Source of the DNA: Oikopleura dioica
Taxonomy: Eukaryota; Animalia; Chordata
Assembly (NCBI GenBank): GCA_907165135.1
Contig: OU015567.1
Span: 5,518,001 to 5,582,000, forward strand
DNA length: 64,000 bases
Direction of reading: 5' to 3'
Shown here: piece by piece, positions 1 to 11,800 of the stretch
Numbering within the stretch: the stretch's first letter is position 1
Layout of the letters: each line of letters opens with the position of its first letter
Translations under genes and position numbers: made by a program
The notes under the pieces: generated by a model
The model's database searches: none
What the model saw: the letters and a program-made list of their open reading frames with translations, nothing else
What the model was told of the DNA's origin: nothing

Positions 1-88
1 ATCTGCTTATCATCATTTTCGTCTAATTATGGTTTAGTATAATCCTCAAATTATCGGCTCTAGAATATTTGTTGCAAACTTTAATATT

Positions 89-1223
89 TTATAAGAAGCA
101 AGTTCGAGGCTTAAACCTATCTTTTCTGAAAGTTTTCTTCCCGCAACACCCTCTTTCCAAGCTTTTAAACGGATATCTTTGTGGATAGTCTCCGCAGCAC
201 GAGTCTGGCTCATCATCATTTTTCTCCAAACTCATCGTTCTGATAGGACCAACCTCGAACTCCGGCTCGACTCTCTTCGAAGGTTTGCATTGAAAGCTCG
301 GATCCCAGCCATTCGAGTTCAGAAGATATGCTTTAATTTCTCCAGCGTTTTGGGCGATTTGATTCGCTAGTTCGACATCGCACATGCAAGTTTTCAGCGC
401 GCAGGAATCTGCGTCAAAGGGGCACTCGTATCTTCCGGAGAGAAAATTCAATGTCACGTGATAATTTTTCGATTCTGGGAGACATGTTCCAAAGGAATCG
501 ATCTTGATGCATTTTGTACAGCGATACCAGTTTTGACATTGACGATCAATCACATCCTTGGCTATTTACACCGATTCAAGACGCATATTTCCGATCGAAA
601 ATGTCTGTCAGACAAGATCTTGAATCGAATCCTTTCCTGGGCCGCGTCGATACTTGAGAAGCTCTTCTGACATCTGGCACCAGCAGCCATAGTCGAAAAC
701 ATTGTCGATAAACGACTGGGAAGCAGGGTTCGGTAATTTGAGCTCACGCTAAAACTCAAGGAAACAAAGCTTGAGACTCACGTTTTTTAATTTGAGTTTT
801 GAGAACTCAGAGATGAGAGCTCGCGTGAGAAATCAGTTCTGGCGATCCATGAGCCAATCAAGGAAGCGCTCGCTTAATTTGAGTTTTGAAAACTCAAAAC
901 TCTCAAATCTCCCAAAAACTCAAAACTGTCAAAACTCTCAAATCTTCTCAAAATGATTTCTCAAATCACTTTGAGTTCTCAATTTGAGGAAATTTGAGCG
1001 TCTAGCCAAAATGAGTTTTAGCTTGAGCTCAAATTACCGAACCCTGCTGGGAAGAAATATAAGAACTGTCAGACTTCAACTGCGGCTGATTCTCTACAAG
1101 ACTTTTCGCCAAATGATGAATGAATTTATGAGCGCTTCCAAACTCGGCGCTAGAAAAAAGAAGAGCATTCTCTGCGGGATCAGAATTGACGAGAGAAAGG
1201 GCGAGAAAAGGGAGAAATTTCAT
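89..1223 (-). CDS. Secreted phospholipase A2-like (otoconin-like, probably non-catalytic) protein; exons ~1223-1038, 715-637, 561-<89; may continue off the window start
   Basis: Signal peptide MKFLPFLALSLVNS. Removing the MITE/intron joins to SFIDNVFDYGCWC, then a GA-AG intron (636-562) leads to AKDVIDRQCQNWYRCTKC...CMCDVELA...CCGDYPQRYPF...GCCG, the PLA2-like Cys pattern. Confidence 0.8.
724..1046. mobile_element. hAT-like MITE (323 bp) with 8-bp TSD CTGGGAAG, forming most of intron 1 of the PLA2-like gene
   Basis: TIR CAGGGTTCGGTAATTTGAGCTCA(C/A)GCTAAAACTCA at both ends (about 35 bp, 1 mismatch). CTGGGAAG at 716-723 and 1047-1054. Internal TTTGAG/CTCAAA repeats. Confidence 0.92.
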
Positions 1224-1557
1224 TTCTCATTCAGAAAATTGAGTTGTTTTTGAGAGAGAAAAATGAAATTAAATCAAGCGCGAGCCTTGAAAGGTCAATT
1301 TTTTGACGTGCATTTATGACTCACCATTCATTTTCGACAATATTTTATATAAAGAGTTTAATTAAAGAGTTATGCAGAAAAGACTTAGCGAAATTTGTGA
1401 CAAGAGTCGTAAAAAGTCGGTCTTCCAAAAGTCAAACAGTTTTCCAGTAAAACGTCCTCCGCTAGTGCACCAGAGTCCTCCGGCGCTTTGATGAGGTGGA
1501 GAATTTAGCGTGAACGAGGGGAGAGAAAATTGAAAGTTTCTAAAGAGTAAAGAGGTC

Positions 1558-4132
1558 ATGGCGAAGCACGACAATATTGTCCGGAAAACGAAAGATGAAG
1601 AAGACTCAGAAGCAGAAACTAGCAGTAGTGGAATTGACAGGGTCGCCGAGGTAAATAATTTATCATAATTATATTTCTGAGATTCCTAATTTATTGTCGT
1701 GAACAAAATACACCGATAGCATAACGAATATTCAGTCAATTTCTACTGGGCTTTTTCCACAGTCCGAAATTAGTAAAACTGCTTAAAATTGCAAACCAAT
1801 GGTCAGTTATGGTTTTTTTCAATCTAAAATTTCTTTTCAGCTGACACTTCAAGGCGCATCTTTCATCTTCTTCGCCGCCTTCGCCTCGATCTACTTCCAG
1901 ATTCCAGGTCTTTACGGCCCGAATGGCCTTTTGCCCGTCGACGAGTTAATTCCTCAAAAGGCGGAGCTTGATCCGCGCGCCTTTTGGGAAGACCCTAACC
2001 TTTTCATCTTTTCAAACCGTTTTGGATTCACAGTCACGGAATTTATGGAAGTCCTTTCGCTCCTCGGCATGGTCATTTCCGGCACAATGTCGTTTCTCAA
2101 AAGCGCTAGAAATGCTTCCGGCTTCATTCTCCTCTATGTCTTCTACTTGTCAATCTACCGAGTGGGGCAGACATTCATGCACTTCCAATGGGACATTATG
2201 CTGCTGGAATTCGGAGTTCTTTGCGTTCTCCTTTCGATTTCGCCAAAACAAGGGATTTTTCTGTGCAGATGGCTTTTGCTACGACTCCTGTTTCATTCGG
2301 GATATAAGAAATTGGAAAGCGGCTGCCCAACCTGGTGGGGACTTACTGCCCTCGACTGGCATTTTGAATCCCAGGTGAGAAAAGTCGTCTTTAAAGTCGA
2401 CTTTTTAAACCCTTTTTCTCAATCAATTCTAGTGTATACCAACACCCCTGGCTTATTACGCTCATCACCTGCCGAAAATCTTCCTGAAACTCTCCGTCCT
2501 ACTCACCTACATCTCTCAAATGGGAATCGTCCTCCTTGTTCTATCTCCCTCCCGCCGACTTCGAATTTTCAGCGGCTGGGTTCACATCTTGCATCAGATC
2601 GGAATTCTAGCGACTGGAAATTACAACTTCTTCAATTTGCTCACGATTCTTTTGGGCTTTACTTGCTTTGATGATAAACACTTGGGAAGAGGAAAGCAGA
2701 AGAAAGAAGGAAGTGGAAAATGCTCTAGAATTTTTGCCGCGCTTTTCGAAATCGCTCAACTTTCAGCCCTGGCGTACGGAATCTCCAAATGCATTTTCAT
2801 CGACTCCGATGGGGACATGGGACTTCTAGAGACCGCCGAAGATCAATCAAAGCTCAAGGCCGTCAGAGACCTCGTTCTCCTCCCCTCCACTCTTGTTGGA
2901 TTTCTCTTGCTTGTTTTCTCTATCAAATTGACGCGAAAAGACCTGCTCGCCCTGCCCTTCAGCTTGCTGATTTTCACCGCTTCGTTGAAACACTTCTACG
3001 ACATCGACCGAGATCTGCAGCAAAAACTCAATGATCAACTCAAGCCCTTCCCACAAATTGCCGATTTGGATGAGCGATTTGAGCTGACACATTCCTACGG
3101 GCTTTTCCGAAGAATGACTGGCGTTGGTGGAAGACCAGAAGTAGTTGTCGAAGTCGAAGTGGATAATGATTACTTTGAGCTGGAATTTCCTTACAAACCG
3201 ACGAGCTTGGAGAGATCTTGTCCATGGGTAAGTGCGTTTGTAGGGCGGATATGATTGGATCTGATATATGATTCATATACCAATATATCAGTAATATGAT
3301 ATTACTTATAATATAATATTATATTATATTACTTATATTGATTATTAATTTGAATCATAAAAATCAATTAATCTTAATAACATTTCGAAGTGAGTGATGG
3401 GTAGGGAATCTCGATGATGGGGATTATATCCGGCATTAAGGCAAATGCATGTGTATCTTAATCATCATTAAGAAGATTTGAAATTTTATATATGAAAAAA
3501 CTCTGAAATGCAATATGGTTTTTTAAAATATTTTTCACGATAATATTTTTTCTAGAAATTATAATCTATTTGAAAGGCTTTATCAAAAGGGAAATCTTAA
3601 ATGATTTTCTTATAACAGTAATTTTTCAGTGTTTCCCGCATCAACCCCGTTTGGACTGGCAAATGTGGTTCGCTGCTCTTGCTCCTCGAATCGAATACGA
3701 TCCCTGGTTGATCACTCTTGCTATCCGACTGCTTCAGGACTCGACAGATGTTCAAGATCTTTTCCACAACTATGGCAGAAGAGTTGATTACAAAAAATTC
3801 ATTCATTTGCGAAAAGTCACTGCAGTGAGAATGTTCAAGTACAAGTACCACTACACCGATCCCGAAAAGAGCAAGAATATCTGGAAAAGAAGCGAGAAAA
3901 CGGTTCATTTGGGACGAATTACATTGAAAAATGAAGGTTTGTCGATTATTTTGGTGGTTTTTCAACTTTTTTAGGGCTCTTGGGATTCATCGAAAAGCAA
4001 AATCTGCATATCAAAAACTACCGAATTGACCCAACTCTTCATGGAATCAGAAGTTATATGAAACGATTTGCTCCGGAAAAATTCATTTGGACTTGTTTTG
4101 CTACTTTTCTCTGCCTCTGCTACTGGATTTAA
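1558..4132 (+). CDS. LMF2: Lipase maturation factor 2-like ER membrane protein; exons 1558-1650, 1841-2374, 2433-3227, 3630-3936, 3975-4132
   Basis: Motifs QIPGLYGPNGLLP, FQWDIMLLEFG, HFESQCIPTPLA, TGNYNFFNLLT, SYGLFRRMTGVGGRPE, PHQPRLDWQMWFAAL. All introns are GT-AG and in phase. Confidence 0.93.
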
Positions 4133-4254
4133 ATTTCCAAGTTGCTTTTAGATCAATTTTAGACATTTTTTTTCAAATAAAATCTCGATCAAACTGACCG
4201 AGAAGTCAATCAATCATTTATTTACAAGCAAAGCTGTTTCAGTTGTTCTTGAAC

Positions 4255-5421
4255 TTATTTGAGCTCAAAATAGACATGAGGATTGCCCTGTGCGCTTTGG
4301 ACTACTCTCCCGCCTTTTTGCTCCTCGCAAGTGTCCATTTTCGTGACGGAATATTCCAACAGTCGTCCGGAAATTTCACCGACGAAGGCGGACTGGTCGA
4401 TTTCGCAGCATTCTTGCTCAGTGGAGGAGTACGGTCGTCGATTTGGGTAGATTCCGCAGCATTTGTCTCGGTCCATGTTCATGAACTCCTAGAAGAAGTG
4501 GGTGGAGAGAGCTCTAGAATCGGGACAAATAACCTTTTGGCACTGGCTTCGGGGGACGAAATCGCCACCTCCAGTCATTGTTCGGAGTTTTGGGTTCATG
4601 CAGGTTCCTCCTTTTTCTGAAGCACTTATTCCTGTTTCCTGAAAGAATATGATCAGATATTGAATTCTAGCGAAGTTGTTCTAATTACGCAATCTTGACG
4701 AGTTTGAGCAATGCTTTCAGCAAATCGTTTGTCGCACTCGCAAATGTTCTGAGCATCTTCTTTTGCGTTCATTGAGCAATCGATTTGCCGGTCAAATGGG
4801 TTGTTTCTCAACTCAGCCGTGTAAGTCAAGTTGGCATAGTCGGAATCGTAGTCGAGGCCGACGCATTTGTAGCAACGGTAAAGCTCTTTGCAGTGGAAGT
4901 CTGTCGCGTCCTCTGGTTTTCCGCCGCCTAAAGGGATTTTTAAAAGATTGCTCGATCTCTTCAAAACCAATGACTCCAGCATCAGCGCCGTCAATCCAGC
5001 AGTAGCAGCCGTAATTGGTGTATTGTTTTTCCAGCTCGCGAAGTTCTTCTGAGAAATCTTGCTTGTCGCTAGAATCGTATTTGTATTTGCCATTTTCAGT
5101 CATCAGAAACATCATCATCGCTGCCAACGGTCGAAAATCGCTCAATCAAGTTTTTCATAGACTATTTTTTCATAATTTTTGAAGTCGTTAAAACTCGTTC
5201 CTGGTATCTTCCGCTCGAAGCGACTCTTCAACAAGTGCTTTTCCTCCTCTTGCATTCTTGGGCTGTTTGTTTATCGAGCGAATCCAACTGCCAGTCAGTT
5301 CTCTTTTCACGTGACCACGAAAAATGTCCGCGAAACTGGGAGATGTGACGGCGAGGAAAATCGAAGCTTTCTGAAATTTTGAGTTCGAAAATGATCTCTA
5401 AGGGAAGGAATTTCTTACCAT
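4255..5421 (-). CDS. Second secreted PLA2-like protein (non-catalytic type); ATG-only first exon at 5421-5419
   Basis: ATG|GTAAGA, then signal peptide KASIFLAVTSPSFA. YGCYCWIDG...|GGKPEDATDFHCKELYRCYKC, ICECDKRFA, CCGIYPNRRPY...ECC. The junction near 5200-5140 is not resolved. Confidence 0.78.
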
Positions 5422-5729
5422 CTTTCTCGAGCGAAATGATAGCGTCAAACACAAAAACGCTCGATTTTATGGAGCGCGCGTATTATCCAAGACAATATTT
5501 TTGTAAAACGTTCGTTCGAATTCTTGGACACAATCTCCTTGATCGGCCGTCAACCATGTTTTGCGTATCTTTAAAAGAATAAAAAATAATAAAAAGATGG
5601 CTTGAAGGAGTCAGGAGTCTTAAATCGTGAATTTGACCAATAGTCGAACAATACGTATTTGTCGGCAAACAATTTGATCAGTCTCCGTTAGTTAATACGA
5701 GAGCTAAAAGATTTTTTGTCAGTTCGAAA

Positions 5730-6610
5730 ATGAGTTTTTCAATTTCTGAAAGCATTTTAGGAAGTTACCGAGATTATCAAAAAAGAGATTTTACAAAAGA
5801 AGAAATTCTGTTGGAAGGTACAATTATTAGTCACAATAAACTTCTTCATTCTAATATTTGCCCAAAATATGTTCTACCCAATATTTTGGGGACTTTACAC
5901 AGCTTAAGCCTTATTATTTAAAAATGAGAATTAAGCTCAATCACAACTTGAACCATTGTGGAAGGCTTTTGGCGACCTTCGAAAAGAAAATTATGAGCTT
6001 TCAATAAAAGTTCAACACTTAGAAACAGAAAAAGATGCTCAAAATACCAAGTTTCAAAACATTATTGATAATCTTCGGGCGGAGATCGGACTCATGACGT
6101 CATCAAGTGGAACTGATAGCATAGCGGACCGAAAATTGGAAGAAAAGACCGAGAGGGAGGAGCCGAATCAAAGAGCACCGACAATAGTGTTCAGCGATAT
6201 TTCTGATAAGACACCGTCTGGTTTTGCTCCTCCTAGCTTTTTAAGAAAAGAAGGGATCAATAGACAAGGTTTTTTCGTCAAAATTCCCGATATAATTTTT
6301 CATGATAGATGTTTCCGAAGAAGAAATATCGACGCTTATCGACAATAAAATCAACCCACTATGGAATGCTCAGCAAACCGCTCTAAAACAACGATCAGAG
6401 ATTCAATCAAAAGTTGAAGAACTCGATAAATGGGTCAAAAACACAGTCAATGAGTTTGAGACGAAGGAATTGAATAACATGCAATTGCAAGATGAATCTG
6501 AGCTTATGCGGGAAACCAACGCTCAACTCCAAGAGCAAAATGAAAGATACTTGGCGGAAATCGAATCACTCAGAAATCAGCTTGAATCTTTACGTCGGGC
6601 TCAAAGTTGA
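5730..6610 (+). CDS. Uncharacterised coiled-coil protein, about 3 exons
   Basis: Three ORF segments joinable by phase-1 GT-AG introns after LLE and after INRQ; heptad-rich E/K/Q/L content. Confidence 0.6.
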
Positions 6611-6926
6611 AGTTGAAGATCTTCATGGACTCATACTGTAATACAATGGTGATTCAACGTCATTTGATGATTTGGTTATCAAGAGAACAATCTTCTGTGA
6701 ACGTTCCAATTTTAAAATCAATTTTGAATAAATCATTTTTTCTTTCTCAACTGCGAGTACTGTATCCATCCACATTAATAAGCCTTTTCAAGCATGCAAA
6801 TCACAGATCGGTGAATCAAAAATCGACGCATTCACAATAAAACGGCATATTTCCCGCATTTATATTTCAGAGCATCAAACTATTTAGCCGACCTACTGAT
6901 TTACTTTCGTTCAAAGACAAAACACT

Positions 6927-7169
6927 ATGAAGGCAACTTTGATCATTTTTCTTTCTTCCGTCTCGGGCTTGATTTTCAACCCAGCTCGTGTTTTTCAGCA
7001 AGAAAACTCCCTCGTAAGATTTTAACTTTGAATTTTTGTATCAAAAATTTAGGAGAGAACCCCGTGGACGAGAAATTTTAAAATCCCAGCAGATCAAATC
7101 GGCAAGAAATCTTCTCTCGGCAACAAATTCAGCTTTATGAGAACTATCGGAGCTGCAGTTGGAAAATAA
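6927..7169 (+). CDS. Small (68 aa) secreted peptide precursor candidate; exons 6927-7013, 7053-7169
   Basis: MKATLIIFLSSVSG signal-like start, phase-0 intron GTAAGA...TTTAG, product ...PADQIGKKSSLGNKFSFMRTIGAAVGK*. Confidence 0.5.
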
Positions 7170-7469
7170 AAATACATTCAAAAAAGAGACATTTAAATTT
7201 ATTTCAAAAAATTATAAAAACATGTTTTTTTACCATTGGCTTCATTCAGGGGTCTAAATTCGCAGTGCGAATTCGCTTTATTGCGAAGCGATGCGAAGCG
7301 AAGCGAATTCGCTTTCGCTTCGCTTCGCACTGGAGAGCAGAATTCGCTTCGCTTTCGCTTCGCAAAAATTCCAAAATTTTCGCTTAAATTTTCGCACAGC
7401 AAGCGGCATTGTAATTCGGAAGATTCTTTATCAAAGATTTGGAGAGGGGCATTATTGATGCCGCTTTAA

Positions 7470-8131
7470 GGGGGTGGTGGTCGAGAATTAAGATTTTTCA
7501 AACCATGATTGAGAAAAAACCGAAAGGGACAAGAAAATCTAAATTTTCAAGGGTTAAAGATAAACGTTGAAAGAATGTGGGCGCGCGGAGAAAAAAAAAT
7601 TTTTTTTTGGAAAAAGCTGAGAAAAATTTTATGAAAGTGGACCCTACTTCAATCCAAGATTACGGGCAAAATAACTTTTTTTTTTCAAAGATCAAACCTC
7701 ATATGATGATAGAATAGACCCTTACGGATGTGGGCGCGTGGAAAAAAAATAGGGTTGCTATGATAATTAAGGTCGTAACGGTCGATTTAAAAATATCGTT
7801 TTTGCTAAAAATCGTTATTTTTCACTAAATTTTATTAAAATTTTCGAAAAATCGCGAAAACCCGTAATTTTTTGTTATTTACAGTTTTAATCTGATAAAA
7901 AAATATATTATACATAAGAAAATAAAGTTTTATTGGTTTAAGTTCGAAAAAAACAAATTCTAAAATTCCGAAAAATCTCGACTTCATGACCTAAAATCAA
8001 AAATTTTCTATATTAAAGTTAATCCAATCAAAAAAAGGTAGGGACCAAAAATGTTCCTTTTTGATCGAGGAGTCCAAAAATATAAGTAAAATTTTAAAAA
8101 GTCGATAAAAAATTTCTCGACCACCTCCCCC
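7470..8131. mobile_element. TTAA-flanked MITE (Kolobok-like termini)
   Basis: TTAA|GGGGGTGGTGGTCGAGAA ... TTCTCGACCACCTCCCCC|TTAA, an 18-bp TIR with 1 mismatch. Confidence 0.85.
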
Positions 8132-8341
8132 TTAAATTCAAGTTTTCTCCGTCTTGTGAAGACGAGTCTAATGGTGAGTCTAACTCTTGATAAATCCAAG
8201 GAGTGACCGGTTAGCAAGCTGATTACCGGAAAACTCGTTGTCACCAGTATGCTAGAATAATTTTTGAATGATAAGAATGATCTTTATGAACAGGGCTTAT
8301 CTAGAATCGAAGATGACCGCCATATTTTATCTCCTATCGAG

Positions 8342-8818
8342 TAGAGGTGACCATTTGGGCAAGAAATCGTCGGTTGGCCGTCCGAATACCCGGCCGAAAT
8401 CAAGGGCCAAGAGTTGCGCCGTCCGAATTCCCGGCCGAGCCCAGGTGCCCGAACTGCCCAGTCGGGCAAGTGGACGAAGTGCCCGAAACGCCAGAAAATG
8501 CCCCGTCGGGCAGGCAACCAAAGTGCCTCAAACGCCCAGTTGGGCATTAATTTTCGATTTTCAAGTCAACAGAATTGGACTGGTGATGGGATTTTCGATA
8601 GATAAGGGCTAGAAAAATAAGTTTCGGGGGGCTTTTGATTCAGTTAGAGGAGCAAAAGAGCAAAAACAGTTGTTAAGAATGTAAAATTTAGGAATTTTCC
8701 TCGGCGCCGGCTTGACCAACTGCTCGAAAGCGCCGAATTGCCCGAAAGTGCCCAACTTGCCCAAATGCCCGAAATGCCCGCTTTTGCCGACTGCCCGATG
8801 CCCAAATGGTCACCCCTG
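8342..8818. mobile_element. hAT-like MITE with GC-rich TGCCC/GGGCA subterminal repeats
   Basis: TIR TAGAGGTGACCATTTGGGCA / TGCCCAAATGGTCACCCCTG. Flanks match only 5/8, so the TSD is degenerate. Confidence 0.8.
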
Positions 8819-10027
8819 CTGTAGTGTTTATTACTACCTTGGAATTATCAACAGTTAGACCCACCATTCGGCTTATATTGACGAGCTCAAAAGTACAGTA
8901 ACAGATTTTTTTGTAATTTTCTGCCCAAAAATAGTTTTTGAAATCATCATCGCTTTTGAGTTGCTGATTGCTGAAGATTCTTGCCAGAAAATGCGTATCA
9001 ACTCAAGCGAAAAAAATTTCGCTTTTTTTTCGCAATTTTCAATGATATTTCGCTTCGCTTTCGCTTCGCTTTCGCTTCGCACTTGGCCGAAGAATTCGCT
9101 TCGCTTTCGCTTCGCAAAAAATTTGAAAAAAACGTTCGCTTTCGCTTCGCTTTCGCACTAGGATTTCGGCTGATATTTAGACCCCAGCTTCATTCGACAA
9201 AAATGGCAATAAAATCAAGAAAAAGCATTTTTACGACTCATAAATCCCCAGAATTTCCTGAGAAAAGCAATTTTAATCGACCTTCTTGAATTCAGCAAGA
9301 TCCGGAAATTCGCCACTCCAGTCATTCGAGCATGGCAACGCGCAAAAGAATACTTTTTTTCACACTTTTGTGAAAAATTCAGCGCCTTCTTAAAAAATTC
9401 ATGCGCCGCTACGAACTTTTTCGTTTTCTAGACGACTAAATGAAAGTTTCGGTGAAAAAAATTTTGTAAACAAAATGTTTTCTTTTCTCCGTGAGAAGTA
9501 GCAGAAGGAAGAGAGTCAAATTGATCGGCGGCTGGCAGAGATGAACTTTGTTTTTTGAGCGTATTTGCGCGACATTTGAGCGACCCCGGCGAAATCCTTC
9601 GCTAAGGCCGTTATTTTTTGAAGCAGAAAAACCGAGAAATATCAAAAAACGAGAAAAATGAAAATGAGAAAAATAAGAAGAAAATGAAGCTGAAAGCAAT
9701 TCAAGATATCATGTTTCGTCCGAATATTTTTGGAAAATAAAACTGTGCCATCTTTTTTTGCAAAATCAAAAATGATAATTCAAAAAAATATAAAATCCAC
9801 CATCTTCTGTTATGTAAACCTTGCACCGCCCCTTAATTTTAAGGTTCGTTCCTATTTAGATCCATTTTGAGCTTTGACTCCTCGGGCAAATCCTCCTGTT
9901 CTTGGACGCTAACCAAAAAGAAAAACCGAAAATCGCTTTAAAAATATCATCGCAGTATAAAATCCCGGAACAGTGGAACAGAAAAAGAAAAACAAAGAGA
10001 GAAAAAAAAACAGAAAGAAAAGAAAAT

Positions 10028-11257
10028 ATGGAGTACTTGGAGCAGAACTTTTCAGAAGAGTACTGTAATGCCGGAATTGAAAATTCGCTCTGGGAGGTTA
10101 TTTCTGACCGAGGTAAATTGAAATTTGAAATTTTGATATTTTGAACAAATGGCTTTTAGCCTCCAGCGGCCTTTTTAACGTGAGAATAATAGGTTAAATT
10201 TCAGGTTCAATCAACTCATCAGAAAATTCTTCATTCGGAAACCCCCCTTCCGTCGACTCCGGCACCGCCTCCTCCTCCACCCTCGACGATTCCCTCTTCG
10301 ACATCTTATTTACTTGCCCAGAAACTCCAGCCGAAAACACAGCTGCCACAGAAAATGCCGTCAAAACAGAAAACCCATCTCCTCTTCCTTTCCTGACCCA
10401 GACTTCTTGTACCCAAGCTGGCGAAAAGAGGGCACCAAATCAAGAATTCGCCTCAAGAGTGACAAAAAAGCCAAAATTAAAGCGCATCCTCACTTCCACT
10501 CCTTCCAGCACCGTCATCAAAATCGAGCCAGCCGAGGTAGCCATCCCCTCCTTTCAACCCTCTTTTTCAATAATCCCCGATTTCAGGAATACGAGGAAGA
10601 AACAAGCCAAGGGAATCAAAGCAGCTTTGAAGCCAACTCGCCGTCTCTCAAAGTGTCACAATGCGTCCTAAAACAGGTTCGATCTCAAGTTTTTAGTTGT
10701 TGGCGGAAAATCAGCGCCGCATATTTTTGTTTATAAAACAGACCTCGTGACAAAAGCGGCGATAAATAACTTGTTTAGATTAGCAAAAAGGATGTTATAT
10801 TCAAAAAACCATAATAACAATGACTTTTCAAATCTATATATAATTTTTAAACTCGAATTTATGTGAAGCGATCCTAATAAAACTGATTGTGAATTTAGTA
10901 GCGTAAGATTGCCCTACAAATTAAAGATAGATTATAGGATATAATGAGAATTCAATTTAGCCGAATGACAGAAACCTCTCAGCCCAAGAAGTAAAAGACC
11001 TAAAACGCAAGCAACGAATGATCCGAAATCGAGAAAGCGCCTCCCTCTCGCGCCAGAGGCGAAAAGCGCATCTGGAAGGAATCGAAAAGCGAAACTCAAG
11101 TCTTGAAAATGAAAATCGCCAATTAAAACACACAAATGTCCAGGTAAATTGACCTCGAAAAACCCCTTTTACCGAAAAATTCTAGCTTCAGCAACAAATC
11201 CAGTATCTTCAACGAGAGCTCCTGCAGCTCCGCCCTCTTGTGGCTACCTTCAAATGA
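10028..11257 (+). CDS. bZIP transcription factor, ATF6/CREB3-like basic region, no transmembrane tail
   Basis: Exon from 10963 encodes DLKRKQRMIRNRESASLSRQRRKAHLEGIEKRNSSLENENRQLKHTNVQ|LQQQIQYLQRELLQL. Upstream acidic/Ser-rich exons at 10028-10112 and 10206-~10660; the donor near 10660 is unresolved. Confidence 0.8.
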
Positions 11258-11608
11258 ACCGAAAATCTGACTGTAAATTGCTTAGAATTCTTTCTCTTTA
11301 GGTGATGGATTTTTTCGTAGACCTTTCACTCTTATTTATAACTGCCCGTTTACCTCCTTTCGACTGGTAAAAATTCATTCTTTATTTTTCATTTTATGAA
11401 ACTTATCACTTTCATTTTCAAGATCACAAGAATCATTTTCTCACTTAGATTTAATAAAAATTCAATCAACTCAGGGAATCCCGATCCTGTTTGTTTTTTT
11501 TACTGCAGATAGATAAAGCATTAGATATCGGCGTATTTTTGAATAGGAGGTATTGAATTTTGAGTTTCCAGAGCTTCTATAAAATAAACTAAGGATGAAA
11601 AAGATAAG

Positions 11609-11754
11609 TGGACATTTCAAGAAAACCGGACATTTTAAGAAAACCGGAAATAACAGGGAAAACGGACATTTCAATAGATTTTGAAATGTCCACTTTCTCA
11701 AAATGTCCACTTTCTTGAAATGTCCACATTTGTAAAATGTCCGGTTTTCTTGAA
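11609..11754. repeat. Foldback repeat of inverted GGACATTT / AAATGTCC arrays
   Basis: Perfect 21-bp inverted repeat TTCAAGAAAACCGGACATTTT (11616-11636 vs 11734-11754), plus 3-4 motif copies per arm. Confidence 0.75.
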
Positions 11755-11800
11755 ACTTCCGCTAATCTAATAGAAGGATATCAGAAAAAAATACCGTTTT

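Larger units (their letters stand above)
7248..9186. mobile_element. Non-autonomous TIR element (~1.94 kb including nested MITEs) with TTCGC subterminal arrays and 9-bp flanking duplication
   Basis: GGGGTCTAAAT at 7249 and ATTTAGACCCC ending at 9185. GCTTCATTC at 7239-7247 and 9187-9195. (TTCGC)n arrays at ~7260-7385 and ~9015-9160. Confidence 0.75.

Noticed and set aside
7260-7385. Repeat-spacer-like appearance (CRISPR-like)
   Set aside because: Eukaryotic DNA; short irregular 5-6-mer repeats without constant-length unique spacers.
7199-9289. ORFs rich in FRFA/SLR and GC-rich ORFs at 8268-8612
   Set aside because: Translations of MITE subterminal repeats; no transposase motifs.
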